64,000 nt of DNA, from the IMG/VR virus record IMGVR_UViG_3300042888_001055, one strand, 5' to 3'. A program made the translations under genes and the position numbers. A model generated the notes under the pieces. It saw nothing but the letters and a program-made list of their open reading frames with translations. It was not told where the DNA came from and searched no databases. Shown here piece after piece: positions 19,245 to 28,129 of the stretch. Position 1 is the first letter of the stretch; each line of letters begins with the position of its first letter. The DNA comes from a virus.

Positions 19245-19472
19245 TTATCTCCAAGCGTTTACTAATCCAATTAAACAAGTAACTATTGCTACCACGTTCA
19301 CTACTAATTGCGGATTGTTCTTTACACGTATCGTCCATGTCAAAAACATAATTGTACCTAATGTAAATGCTACAATGTTGTAGGGATGTGCATCAGGTCC
19401 AATTGCATTACATATATGGCCAACAATAATGAATACTGCCCCAATCCATTGCAATATATCGTTTACTTTCAT
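19245..19472 (-). CDS. Small membrane protein
   Basis: Start reassigned to MKVNDILQ (ATGA overlap, GGAG SD). Confidence 0.65.
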   Translation of the reverse strand: MKVNDILQWIGAVFIIVGHICNAIGPDAHPYNIVAFTLGTIMFLTWTIRVKNNPQLVVNVVAIVTCLIGLVNAWR

Positions 19473-19681
19473 TCTACTCCAAAATGTATCTTTGTATTCC
19501 AAATAGCATCACTAAGACGCAATTTGGAATCACTGGCATCAGTCATAATTGTTACACATTCCTTAACAATCAATTCGGCAAACTTTTCAATAACCTGTTT
19601 ATCATACTCATCCATTTCATCCCAGCATCCTTGTGCAGTTAGTCCTGAATGATACATCAAATCTTGAATTTTTTGATTCAT
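19469..19681 (-). CDS. Hypothetical protein (KFAELIVKEC family)
   Basis: Start reassigned to MNQKIQDL. Confidence 0.7.
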   Translation of the reverse strand: MNQKIQDLMYHSGLTAQGCWDEMDEYDKQVIEKFAELIVKECVTIMTDASDSKLRLSDAIWNTKIHFGVE

Positions 19682-19863
19682 TACTTTACTCCAAAATGTT
19701 CTGACAACCATTGTCTTGTGTGAAAACGTGCTATCAATTGATGACCACCTGGATCTAATACATTCATACATTCCTTAACAATCAATTCGGCGAACTTTTG
19801 TTCTTGGTCGGTTGCTTGTGTACCATAGACCTGTTCGGCCAGTTCTTTAATTCGTTCATTCAT
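19681..19863 (-). CDS. Hypothetical protein (KFAELIVKEC family)
   Basis: MNERIKELAEQ...KFAELIVKEC...HFGVK. Confidence 0.7.
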   Translation of the reverse strand: MNERIKELAEQVYGTQATDQEQKFAELIVKECMNVLDPGGHQLIARFHTRQWLSEHFGVK

Positions 19864-20201
19864 TATTTTACTCCAAATGTGTTCAATGCTGGTTGCAATG
19901 TGTTAATCAATTCTGTCTCATGTGCATGAGCAGGACGCTTACCACGAATCACTTCCAACTTACCAAATACAAAACGTTCAGCACCACGCTCACGCAAGGC
20001 ACGTGACAAACCCCAAGTTTTGTTCTCAGTCATGGCCCGTTGCATATGTTTTTGCATACGACGGCGTAATGTCAAAAACACATTGCCTTTATATGACAAT
20101 GCAGTTAAACCAATGTAGTACTCAAGTGTTACAGTATCTTGTATATAGTATATCACTTGATTGCGATCTGTTCTACGTTTACGGGCGATTTTTGAGTTCA
20201 T
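19863..20201 (-). CDS. GIY-YIG-like endonuclease
   Basis: VIY...YYIG...R...H...E..LI...P.LN; start reassigned to MNSKIARK. Confidence 0.7.
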   Translation of the reverse strand: MNSKIARKRRTDRNQVIYYIQDTVTLEYYIGLTALSYKGNVFLTLRRRMQKHMQRAMTENKTWGLSRALRERGAERFVFGKLEVIRGKRPAHAHETELINTLQPALNTFGVK

Positions 20202-20207
20202 AGATGA

Positions 20208-20236
20208 ATTATACATCAAAGCCCATTTATTGTCAA
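20208..20236 (-). promoter_or_regulatory. Early sigma70-type promoter (leaderless)
   Basis: TTGACAATAAATGG...TATAAT, ATG 6 nt downstream. Confidence 0.8.
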
Positions 20237-20355
20237 ATATTGGTAAAAACCGCTAGAAGTGTATCAGAGTGTATACCTGAGTATTCTAGCGATTTTGAAG
20301 CCCCTGAGGGGGCTAAATGAGTACTTTTGTTTGTAAAAAATGTAATACTTAAGTA

Positions 20356-20649
20356 TTAGTGAATTACTTGCCCTACACTTGTATTAAGCCAAGTCTTAAT
20401 TTCTTTGCGTAATTCTTTTTCTGTATATCCCATTTCACCTAAACGGGATATTAATGAAATAAATAATCCATGACTAGCTATACCATATATATAAGTATCA
20501 TCGTCATTATCAAGTTCAAATTTATCTAATTGATTTAATAAAACATCATTAATGAATTCTGATGCGATAATGGCACTATGTTCAAATTGCCACATTTCCG
20601 GATCTTCATCTTCTACTTCTTTAACTATTAATAGATTCTCTTTGCTCAT
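20356..20649 (-). CDS. Hypothetical acidic protein
   Basis: 97 aa, SD GGAG. Confidence 0.7.
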   Translation of the reverse strand: MSKENLLIVKEVEDEDPEMWQFEHSAIIASEFINDVLLNQLDKFELDNDDDTYIYGIASHGLFISLISRLGEMGYTEKELRKEIKTWLNTSVGQVIH

Positions 20650-21121
20650 TATTATTCTCCGAGTTATTATCTGTATTTACTATCGGTGTATATTCATAAT
20701 TAATTGTTTCTATATTCTCTCTAAAAACAATAGCTCCATTACGTAAATGAAATCTCCTAGCCATATTAGTTTTAGGACTTAATGTTACAAATCTAGTAAC
20801 ACTTGGATATTGTTCCTGAATTCCCTTAACTGCCCTATATAATAATTCAGCACCTTTACCGGCTTTATAACTCCATATAGTATAGAATACTGCGGTTGTT
20901 GGTACTTGTGTAGTATTATCTAAATCTTTTACATTTTCTGGAATAAAATCATGGAAACTAACACATACCATAGCATCCGGATTATCTGCTGATTCATCAG
21001 TTAATGCGGCAACTAATCTACCATTACTAACACGAAAATCGGCTGATATTTCAGGTCTTACTGGGTCGTCTTTAATAAATTCTAATAGTTTGTGTGTGAT
21101 ATCTTTGATGAAATGTAGCAT
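20621..21121 (-). CDS. Hypothetical protein, possible GNAT-like fold
   Basis: FYTIWSYKAGKGAELL...ARRFHLRNGA. Confidence 0.55.
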   Translation of the reverse strand: MLHFIKDITHKLLEFIKDDPVRPEISADFRVSNGRLVAALTDESADNPDAMVCVSFHDFIPENVKDLDNTTQVPTTAVFYTIWSYKAGKGAELLYRAVKGIQEQYPSVTRFVTLSPKTNMARRFHLRNGAIVFRENIETINYEYTPIVNTDNNSENNNEQRESINS

Positions 21122-21209
21122 TTTAGCCTCAGGGTAGTGTTATTCGTATTTAGCATAAATTTAAAATATGCTATTATTTAGCGACTTTTTTTATCCACTA
21201 AATATTGTC

Positions 21210-22115
21210 ATGGGAAATATTATTGAGTGGAATGTTGGATTAAATGATTTTAAGAAATGTACCCTAGAATTAGGGGGAAATTCTCATAAATTCACCACAG
21301 AATTATTGGATGTTCCATTTGAACCTAATCGTAATATTACTGACATATTCAATGAACATTTAACAAATAGACAAACCAAATATGTAGAGATATTATATAG
21401 TGGTGGATTGGATAGTGAATTGGTATTATTATCCTGTGTTAAAAACAGTATACCAATAATAGCAATAACGTTAGTTATTAAAATAGAAGGGTTAATCATT
21501 AATACCCATGATTTGTATTATGCAGAAAAGTTTTGTAGAGAAAATGATATAACTCATAAATTGATTGAATTGGATGCAGATAAATTTTTTCAGAACGGGA
21601 ATCATCTATCATATTTGTCACCTTATTATATCATAGAACCTCATGTAGCAACACATTTATGGTTACTTGAGCAATGTAGTTATTTCCCAATTATCGGTGG
21701 GGATTGGCCTTGGGTACACGCTCAAAAGGAAGACAAAGTTTTATCACCCTCAAGATTAGAGTTTTCTAGTTATGAACGGTTTATGAAAGATAACGGTATA
21801 CACGGAATTGGTAATATGATTGGATACAGTTTAGAATCTACGTGTAAACTAGTACAGATACATTTGGATAATCATGTAAGTGGTGAATCTGTATCTAACT
21901 TTAAATCACGCATGTATCAAACAATGTATCCTGAATTAGAACCCAGATTAAGAAGTTATGGATGGGAACATCATAAAATAAACTCATTTAATCTAATGAA
22001 TTATAAAATAGAGTTAATTAAACAACTAAGACCCACTACTCCATTTATTAAATGGGGTAATACCATAAAAACACTATTAAATACAGAAGCCAATGAAAAT
22101 GACAAATTCAAATAA
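21210..22115 (+). CDS. PP-loop (adenine nucleotide alpha-hydrolase / asparagine-synthetase-like) protein
   Basis: LYSGGLDSE; start MGNII 5 nt after CTAAATA. Confidence 0.7.
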   Translation: MGNIIEWNVGLNDFKKCTLELGGNSHKFTTELLDVPFEPNRNITDIFNEHLTNRQTKYVEILYSGGLDSELVLLSCVKNSIPIIAITLVIKIEGLIINTHDLYYAEKFCRENDITHKLIELDADKFFQNGNHLSYLSPYYIIEPHVATHLWLLEQCSYFPIIGGDWPWVHAQKEDKVLSPSRLEFSSYERFMKDNGIHGIGNMIGYSLESTCKLVQIHLDNHVSGESVSNFKSRMYQTMYPELEPRLRSYGWEHHKINSFNLMNYKIELIKQLRPTTPFIKWGNTIKTLLNTEANENDKFK

Positions 22116-22689
22116 ATTTGATACACATGAATCCTTTTACCATGGATTAATTAAAAGTAAAATATGGTTATGTGAAGAATTAGAGACAGCTATATACCGT
22201 GAATGTCTTACAAAACCCTCTTTACATATTCTAGGATGTTGGGATAATCTATTAGCATTTATGCTACTTACTCGAAAACCTACATTCTATAATACTGTAC
22301 ATGGATATGACATTAATCCAGACGCAATATCTAATGCTAATAAAGTATGTGACATGTGGAAATATGAATCACCTAAAGTTTATAATCACATACAAGATGT
22401 GAACAAATATGATTACAGCCTACATGCTAACGGTATTTTCATCAATTGTAGTATAGACCAAATGGATAGTAATAACTGGTATAATTCAATTCCAAATGGA
22501 AGTTTAGTATGTATCCAAACTACTAATATGAAAGATCCAGAATTTCCCTGGTTTATTAAACAAACAACTGATAGTTTAGATGAATTGGTTGATAAATTTA
22601 AACTGAGTAATTTGTTATATTCCGGGGTAAAAAACATACCATATGCTACTAATGGATATAAACGCTATATGATTATAGGAACCAAATGA
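22093..22689 (+). CDS. Class I SAM-dependent methyltransferase-like protein
   Basis: SKIWL..LGCW..GYDIN..INCS pattern. Confidence 0.6.
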   Translation: MKMTNSNKFDTHESFYHGLIKSKIWLCEELETAIYRECLTKPSLHILGCWDNLLAFMLLTRKPTFYNTVHGYDINPDAISNANKVCDMWKYESPKVYNHIQDVNKYDYSLHANGIFINCSIDQMDSNNWYNSIPNGSLVCIQTTNMKDPEFPWFIKQTTDSLDELVDKFKLSNLLYSGVKNIPYATNGYKRYMIIGTK

Positions 22690-22711
22690 TTATAAAAGAA
22701 TAAATACATAT

Positions 22712-23617
22712 ATGGATAATTATAAGTATTTTTCGCAATTATGCGAAAGCATAGTTTCAGAAGCCAGTACAACTATGGCTCAATTTAATGGGCCGGGCGC
22801 ACAGGAAATATTAAAACAACTACATTCTAAAGAAGCTTTAGGACACGATGTTCAACCTGAACCTGCAGTTAGACCTAAATGGACTGATCTAAAAGATAAA
22901 CCGGGAACATGGTTATTAATAGCAGGTAATAAAGGATTTGGTGCAGTAAGATTTATGGTATCCAATGATGCTTATCGTAGCAGGGCATCAAGGTCTGGTT
23001 CATATCAAATATTTGCTAGTAACGGTAAACCTGATCCTGATGAAGGAAATATGGTATATTCTTCCTTTGCAGACAATGTTACCGACGCTAATAGTTTGTT
23101 AAAAAAGATTGTAGGTGATGCTAGAAAATTTTACTTTATGGATAGTGAGTACTCTAAACAATTACGACAGGATCGTGCTAGTAATAAACCAGAGCCTGCA
23201 GGCTTTACTACTACAAATAAATTAACCAAACGGTTCAAACCACTTTTTAAGAAAATACTAATTGCTTCTAAAGCTGATATTAATGGTGTTATTGCTAGTA
23301 TGGCAAAAAATGATGCTCATCACAAAGTAGATAAGAAAATTGATCAGGTAAAATTAATTGATCAGGCAATTGAAGCTTTAGATAATGGTGCCATGACTGA
23401 ATTACTTAATAATGCTGTAAACAATAGTATAGTTTTAACAGCAAGATATTACTATCCAGAATTAACAGGTAATGTAACTAGCGGTTATAGATATCGTGAT
23501 AATAGTTTATCCTCAGAAAAAAACGATGGTACTACAAAAGTGTTGTCAGATATAGCTAACGGAGATAGACAGAAATTAAGTGCTGTTCTCGCTTATCTAA
23601 AAAGGAGTTTAGTATAA
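22712..23617 (+). CDS. Hypothetical late protein (possible internal head protein)
   Basis: 301 aa, TAAATA 5 nt upstream. Confidence 0.7.
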   Translation: MDNYKYFSQLCESIVSEASTTMAQFNGPGAQEILKQLHSKEALGHDVQPEPAVRPKWTDLKDKPGTWLLIAGNKGFGAVRFMVSNDAYRSRASRSGSYQIFASNGKPDPDEGNMVYSSFADNVTDANSLLKKIVGDARKFYFMDSEYSKQLRQDRASNKPEPAGFTTTNKLTKRFKPLFKKILIASKADINGVIASMAKNDAHHKVDKKIDQVKLIDQAIEALDNGAMTELLNNAVNNSIVLTARYYYPELTGNVTSGYRYRDNSLSSEKNDGTTKVLSDIANGDRQKLSAVLAYLKRSLV

Positions 23618-24846
23618 TGAGAGCAATACACTTTTTAACAGAAGCTGATATCAGCACTAATATAATGAAAGACCCAAAGCTAGCAAAAATGTTAGCTATA
23701 GCTGTCAGACATGATAGGACATTTCCAAAAAATGAAATAGCAGATATGGGTCCAAGACCTACTGTTGCTGATTATGTTCAATCATGGAGTAAATTAGTTA
23801 ATCAAACACTAGCGAAAAATGAGTATGGTGATTTAAGTAAAGAAGGTAAGTTTGATAGTTGGTTATTAAAACTATATAATAATCACGCCATAGATTATGA
23901 AGATTTGAATGGTGAGGGCGGAGACGCACTAGGTGCTTGGCAAGCATTAAGCACACGTGGTTTATTAAAGAAACCAGATCAAGACTTTAATAAATTTCCT
24001 AGTATACGGGCGTTACAACAGGCAATGGAAAAAGATGAGTATCGTAATACTCTAAGAAGAATTAAAGATGCCGAAGCATTAGAGAAGCATAAACGTAACA
24101 GAAAAGAAATTGTATTATTAGATAACGATAGATTTCATGTTATCATGCCATTGAACTATGGTGCTTGTTATACATTTAACAATCAAACAGGACACATGAG
24201 TAATTTCTGTACAGGAGGTTCTAGTGGATTGAATTGGTTTAATAATTATGCTCCTGATGGTCCTATCATTAGTATCATTGATAAACAAAACATTGATAAT
24301 AAAAATGGAAAGTGGCAATTACATGCACCAACTAGTCAACTAGTTAATAGTACACAAGATCAAAGATATAATAGAACAGGTGCCGATCGTGAATTTTCTA
24401 AAAGATTTCCCGGCTTATTGAAAGAAATTGTTAAAGGTATGCTTACTAAAGCAGGTGAAGTAAAAGCCGGTAGTAAAGAAATTAGTCCACCTGATGGATA
24501 TGATGTTAGAGAAGCTGCCAAACAAATAATAGCTAAATTCCCTGAAAGTTATAAATCAGTACCGGGTGCTCCGGGAAAAAATCTACCACCCGATGACGAT
24601 GAATTTGTAAATCAACCAGCTCAACCAGAACCAACTCAAGCTACACAAGCAACACAACCTACTGAGCCTGAAGGGCCACGTATAAGTGATTGGAAAATTT
24701 ATAATGCAGGAAGACAAGTTGCAACAGTAGTAAATAAAACACAACAACAAGCTATGCAAGACCTAGAAAAATATGCTATAAAGAATAGAGTACCGCGTGG
24801 TCGTATGTATCTACAAGATTATTCTAACAATCAAATAGTCAGATGA
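23617..24846 (+). CDS. Hypothetical late protein (possible internal head protein)
   Basis: 409 aa, MRAIHFLTEA N-terminus; FCT...F..Y...GP motif. Confidence 0.7.
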   Translation: MRAIHFLTEADISTNIMKDPKLAKMLAIAVRHDRTFPKNEIADMGPRPTVADYVQSWSKLVNQTLAKNEYGDLSKEGKFDSWLLKLYNNHAIDYEDLNGEGGDALGAWQALSTRGLLKKPDQDFNKFPSIRALQQAMEKDEYRNTLRRIKDAEALEKHKRNRKEIVLLDNDRFHVIMPLNYGACYTFNNQTGHMSNFCTGGSSGLNWFNNYAPDGPIISIIDKQNIDNKNGKWQLHAPTSQLVNSTQDQRYNRTGADREFSKRFPGLLKEIVKGMLTKAGEVKAGSKEISPPDGYDVREAAKQIIAKFPESYKSVPGAPGKNLPPDDDEFVNQPAQPEPTQATQATQPTEPEGPRISDWKIYNAGRQVATVVNKTQQQAMQDLEKYAIKNRVPRGRMYLQDYSNNQIVR

Positions 24847-24851
24847 TAGCC

Positions 24852-24880
24852 AAAAAAATAGACCCCGAAGGGTCTATTTT
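24852..24880. terminator. Bidirectional terminator with UUCG loop
   Basis: AAAATAGACCC-CGAA-GGGTCTATTTT. Confidence 0.9.
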
Positions 24881-25464
24881 CACATTGTAGGTCCATTACC
24901 GTTCTTAAATCCCACACTACCACCTTCACTTTCAATACGTTTGATAACATCTTCAAACAGTATAGGTCTATAGTCTGTATGTTCTACACATACACAATGA
25001 TAACGAGTATCAATTATAGGAATGCCATACTTGCCTATAGGGTCCATCATTACACGATTAGCGTGTAAGTGTCCGTGAATATTAGTACCAAAACGTCCTA
25101 ACGATTCAGTATGAATAGGTATATGACTTAATATCATTCCATTCATAACATGATAAGCACGTAATTCACGGAAATATTCTCTATACTCATCATCACGGAA
25201 GATATCGTGGTTACCACGAATCAATACTTTGTCACCGTTCAAGCGAGACATAATCTTTAATGATTTTCTATTGATAACAACATCACCCAAATGATATACT
25301 TTATCATTTGGTCTAACTGTTTCATTCCATCGTTTAACCATTTCTTCATCCATCTCATCTGGATCAGTCCATGGGCGTAATTTTGTAACACCATCGTTAC
25401 GTGTGAAATGACATACTCCGGCATGCCCGAAGTGTGTATCCGATACTAAAAATACTGAGGGCAT
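24880..25464 (-). CDS. Calcineurin-like metallophosphoesterase
   Basis: SDTHFGH, HLGD, GNHD, SH.P, HGHLH. Confidence 0.9.
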   Translation of the reverse strand: MPSVFLVSDTHFGHAGVCHFTRNDGVTKLRPWTDPDEMDEEMVKRWNETVRPNDKVYHLGDVVINRKSLKIMSRLNGDKVLIRGNHDIFRDDEYREYFRELRAYHVMNGMILSHIPIHTESLGRFGTNIHGHLHANRVMMDPIGKYGIPIIDTRYHCVCVEHTDYRPILFEDVIKRIESEGGSVGFKNGNGPTM

Positions 25465-25478
25465 AACATTCCTTTATT

Positions 25479-25553
25479 TGGCATCCCCCCAAGGATTTGA
25501 ACCTTGCCTTGCGGTTTTGGAGACCGATGTGCTGCCGCTGACACTAGGGAGAT
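25479..25553 (-). tRNA. tRNA-Trp(CCA)
   Basis: Cloverleaf, loop CT-CCA-AA, CCA end. Confidence 0.9.
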
Positions 25554-25558
25554 ATTAT

Positions 25559-25780
25559 TTACAAATTCTTTCTAATACGTTTGAGATATTCTCTACCAAT
25601 CAAGCCAGCTTCAATTTCTTCTAATGCAGTTACCATTGGTCCTGCTTTAGTATTAAGCAATGAACGATGTCCACGCTTTAATTCTCTTACCCGCTGTGAG
25701 GCAATAAGAACTAAATCAAATCTACTACCAACCATAAGTGCGGCTTCTTCACTTGTATATCTTGCTCTGCTTTGTGACAT
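25559..25780 (-). CDS. rpoZ: RNA polymerase omega subunit homolog
   Basis: AR.TSE.A...VGSRFDLVLIASQRVREL...VTALEEIEAG. Confidence 0.88.
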   Translation of the reverse strand: MSQSRARYTSEEAALMVGSRFDLVLIASQRVRELKRGHRSLLNTKAGPMVTALEEIEAGLIGREYLKRIRKNL

Positions 25781-25789
25781 ATTTTTCCT

Positions 25790-25930
25790 TTATCTTGTTA
25801 CTTTTCTAATCAACTTATACCAATAGTATTTGAACCCTCGGAACACAATGATATCAAAACTAATTATAGGATTAACTTCTTTTACAATGTGTCCGTATGC
25901 TCTATTAATTACATCTTCACTTTTGCTCAT
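25790..25930 (-). CDS. Small hypothetical protein (46 aa)
   Basis: SD AAGGAG; MSKSEDVINRAYG. Confidence 0.55.
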   Translation of the reverse strand: MSKSEDVINRAYGHIVKEVNPIISFDIIVFRGFKYYWYKLIRKVTR

Positions 25931-25945
25931 AATTACTCCTTTGTT

Positions 25946-26020
25946 TGGTGGATCGTGTAGGGATTGAACCTACGACCTACGCCTTGTAAGGGCGCCGCAC
26001 TACCGCTGTGCTAACGATCC
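25946..26020 (-). tRNA. tRNA-Val(TAC)
   Basis: Cloverleaf, CCA. Confidence 0.92.
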
Positions 26021-26025
26021 GATAT

Positions 26026-26205
26026 TTAACCACCTTGATTACTGTCTTTAACTTCTGTTTGACTAGCAATTTGTTCAAATGCTTCATCTTCATTCTTTTG
26101 ATCCTCAACTACTCTTGGATCAGGCTTGCGAAAAATATTGTTCCAGTTATTGTCAAATGTATTTAAATCAACACTGTATGGTCTTGGCAAGCTACCTTTA
26201 GTCAT
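26026..26205 (-). CDS. Small conserved phage protein (59 aa)
   Basis: MTKGSLPRPYSV...FDNNWNNIF. Confidence 0.6.
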   Translation of the reverse strand: MTKGSLPRPYSVDLNTFDNNWNNIFRKPDPRVVEDQKNEDEAFEQIASQTEVKDSNQGG

Positions 26206-26372
26206 TTGCTATTATCCTTACGAGAAGAAGGGCTACGTAAGTTGCTTTTCTCAATCTCTACAAAACTACGAATAAAAGCTCCACGTACATGTGCATCACG
26301 TATAAGTGTTGCCGCACGTTTAACTGCTTTGGGAAGTTTAACTGCCCGTGAATCATAACCTCTACATGTCAT
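26202..26372 (-). CDS. Small basic protein (56 aa)
   Basis: MTCRGYDSRAVKLPKAVKR; SD GAGGA. Confidence 0.55.
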   Translation of the reverse strand: MTCRGYDSRAVKLPKAVKRAATLIRDAHVRGAFIRSFVEIEKSNLRSPSSRKDNSK

Positions 26373-26397
26373 ACTATTTCCTCTTTTAAAAAATGAT

Positions 26398-26471
26398 TGG
26401 TCTCGGTAGCAGGAATCGAACCTACGCTCGAACGTCCCAAACGTTCAGTGATACCATTTCACCATACCGAG
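26398..26471 (-). tRNA. tRNA-Pro(TGG)
   Basis: Cloverleaf, CCA. Confidence 0.92.
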
Positions 26472-26477
26472 ATAAAC

Positions 26478-26627
26478 TTAACTTGGTATTACATGCGGTA
26501 TGAATGGAACATTTCTAGGACCATATGTTTGTTCAAAAAGCTTTTTAGCTTCTTGTACATTAGGTGCAAAGATTTTTTCTTTCTTTTCACCTTGTGGTGT
26601 TCTAACTGTTGTTTCATACATTGGCAT
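26478..26627 (-). CDS. Small hypothetical protein (49 aa)
   Basis: MPMYETTVRTPQG...EAKKLFEQTYG; SD AGGAG. Confidence 0.6.
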   Translation of the reverse strand: MPMYETTVRTPQGEKKEKIFAPNVQEAKKLFEQTYGPRNVPFIPHVIPS

Positions 26628-26641
26628 ATAATTCTCCTAAT

Positions 26642-26716
26642 TGGTTGCGGGGGACGGAATCGAACCGCCGATCTTCAGGTTATGAGCCTGGTGAGTTACC
26701 GCTTCTCTACCCCGCG
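26642..26716 (-). tRNA. Initiator tRNA-fMet(CAT)
   Basis: C1xA72 mismatch, CGCGGGG acceptor. Confidence 0.9.
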
Positions 26717-26722
26717 CTATCT

Positions 26723-26798
26723 TGGTGGAGGAGACAGGGATCGAACCTGCGACCTATTGCTTGCAAAGCAACCGCTCTCCCAACTGAGCTACACCCCC
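26723..26798 (-). tRNA. tRNA-Ala(TGC)
   Basis: Cloverleaf, G3-U70. Confidence 0.92.
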
Positions 26799-26807
26799 AA
26801 ATACTTT

Positions 26808-26892
26808 TGGTGCCCTAGGTCGGACTCGAACCGACACATATTTCTACGCCAGAACCTAAATCTGGTGCGTCTACCAATTTCGCCACCAGGGC
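26808..26892 (-). tRNA. tRNA-Leu(TAG)
   Basis: Class II cloverleaf. Confidence 0.92.
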
Positions 26893-26952
26893 ATTTATTT
26901 CAATACTGATTGTAACAGAAAACTATTTATCTGTCTACTACTTTGGATAACT

Positions 26953-27026
26953 TGGAGCGGGGTAACAGAATCGAACTGTCAGCATTAGCTTGGAAGGCTA
27001 AGGTATTACCACTATACGAACCCCGC
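26953..27026 (-). tRNA. tRNA-Gly(TCC)
   Basis: Cloverleaf, U73. Confidence 0.92.
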
Positions 27027-27041
27027 ATAAATACTATTTAT

Positions 27042-27587
27042 ATGACAAACTGCTTTGATATAAACTTATCTCTAAATCCTCTTAAAGAAGATATAGATAT
27101 AAAATCATACGGACCTGATCGTCATACACGAATTCCAATATCAGATATTAATCCTAATTTAATATCATTAATAGATAGATTAGATTTAAAAGTTATATTG
27201 GCTGAACTATTCTACACTAAACCCCATACAATAACCGGGATACACATTGATGTAGTAGGGGGTGATTATACCAAACTAAACTATATATTCGATGGCAAAG
27301 ATAGTTTAATGATGTGGTATAAACCAAAAGACAACATTGTAAAATCTATTAGCAAAACACCTATTAATACTAGGTACATCAGTTATGCTTTACATGAAGT
27401 TGAAATTACTGATAAACAATCAGTTAAGTTTCCTAGCATTATACAAGCTGGTATACCGCATAATGTTATTAACTATTCAGAACCTAGATGGTGTCTTAGT
27501 ATAGTGTTAGTTAAACAAAATGGTGAACGACTTACAATGAAAGAATCAATCTGCATATTCAATAAATATGTAGAAGTTTCATTATGA
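27042..27587 (+). CDS. Cupin / Fe(II)-2OG oxygenase-like protein
   Basis: IHID...PHNVIN..RW; start reassigned to MTNCFD (track start lies inside tRNA-Gly). Confidence 0.65.
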   Translation: MTNCFDINLSLNPLKEDIDIKSYGPDRHTRIPISDINPNLISLIDRLDLKVILAELFYTKPHTITGIHIDVVGGDYTKLNYIFDGKDSLMMWYKPKDNIVKSISKTPINTRYISYALHEVEITDKQSVKFPSIIQAGIPHNVINYSEPRWCLSIVLVKQNGERLTMKESICIFNKYVEVSL

Positions 27588-28129
27588 AGTATTATGTTTC
27601 TGTACCTATAGAAAACTTAAAAACTATACAAGAAAAAGTATTTGAGCTTTTTCCTAAAAGAGAACTTTTTAAAAAAGAATCATTGTTTTATATACCTGAT
27701 AATCTAAATCTTTTCTTAAATATACCTGAGTTAAAAGCAGAGTTAGATAAACTCAACTGGACACCCTATGTCTTTAGTATAGGATTTTATATCATTGGTA
27801 CTACTAATGGAACACATATACATTTAGATAGTAATACATTTACTCATAGTTTTAATATACCAATACTAAACTGTGAAAATACTTTTGTTAATTTTTATAA
27901 GACTGATAAAGAGCCTAAAAAAGAAGTATACAAGTTATATGATACTCTTATAAACTATTACAGGTTTGATCCTGCAGACTGTGTAGTTGTTGACCAACTT
28001 GAAATGTTAACACCGAATGTTATTAACGTACAAGAACCACATAATGTGGTAAATAAGAATACAAAACCACGTATTACATTACTAATACGTTTACGAAATG
28101 ACCTTGATTTATCACACTTATTCCAATGA
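27584..28129 (+). CDS. Cupin / Fe(II)-2OG oxygenase-like protein
   Basis: IHLD...FNIP...PHNVVN...RI. Confidence 0.65.
   Translation: MKYYVSVPIENLKTIQEKVFELFPKRELFKKESLFYIPDNLNLFLNIPELKAELDKLNWTPYVFSIGFYIIGTTNGTHIHLDSNTFTHSFNIPILNCENTFVNFYKTDKEPKKEVYKLYDTLINYYRFDPADCVVVDQLEMLTPNVINVQEPHNVVNKNTKPRITLLIRLRNDLDLSHLFQ

Noticed and set aside
20245-20315. Long hairpin AAAACCGCTAGAA/TTCTAGCGATTTT plus AGCCCC/GGGGCT hairpin
   Set aside because: Real inverted repeats but most simply terminator or processing structures before an early promoter; too little evidence for an ncRNA
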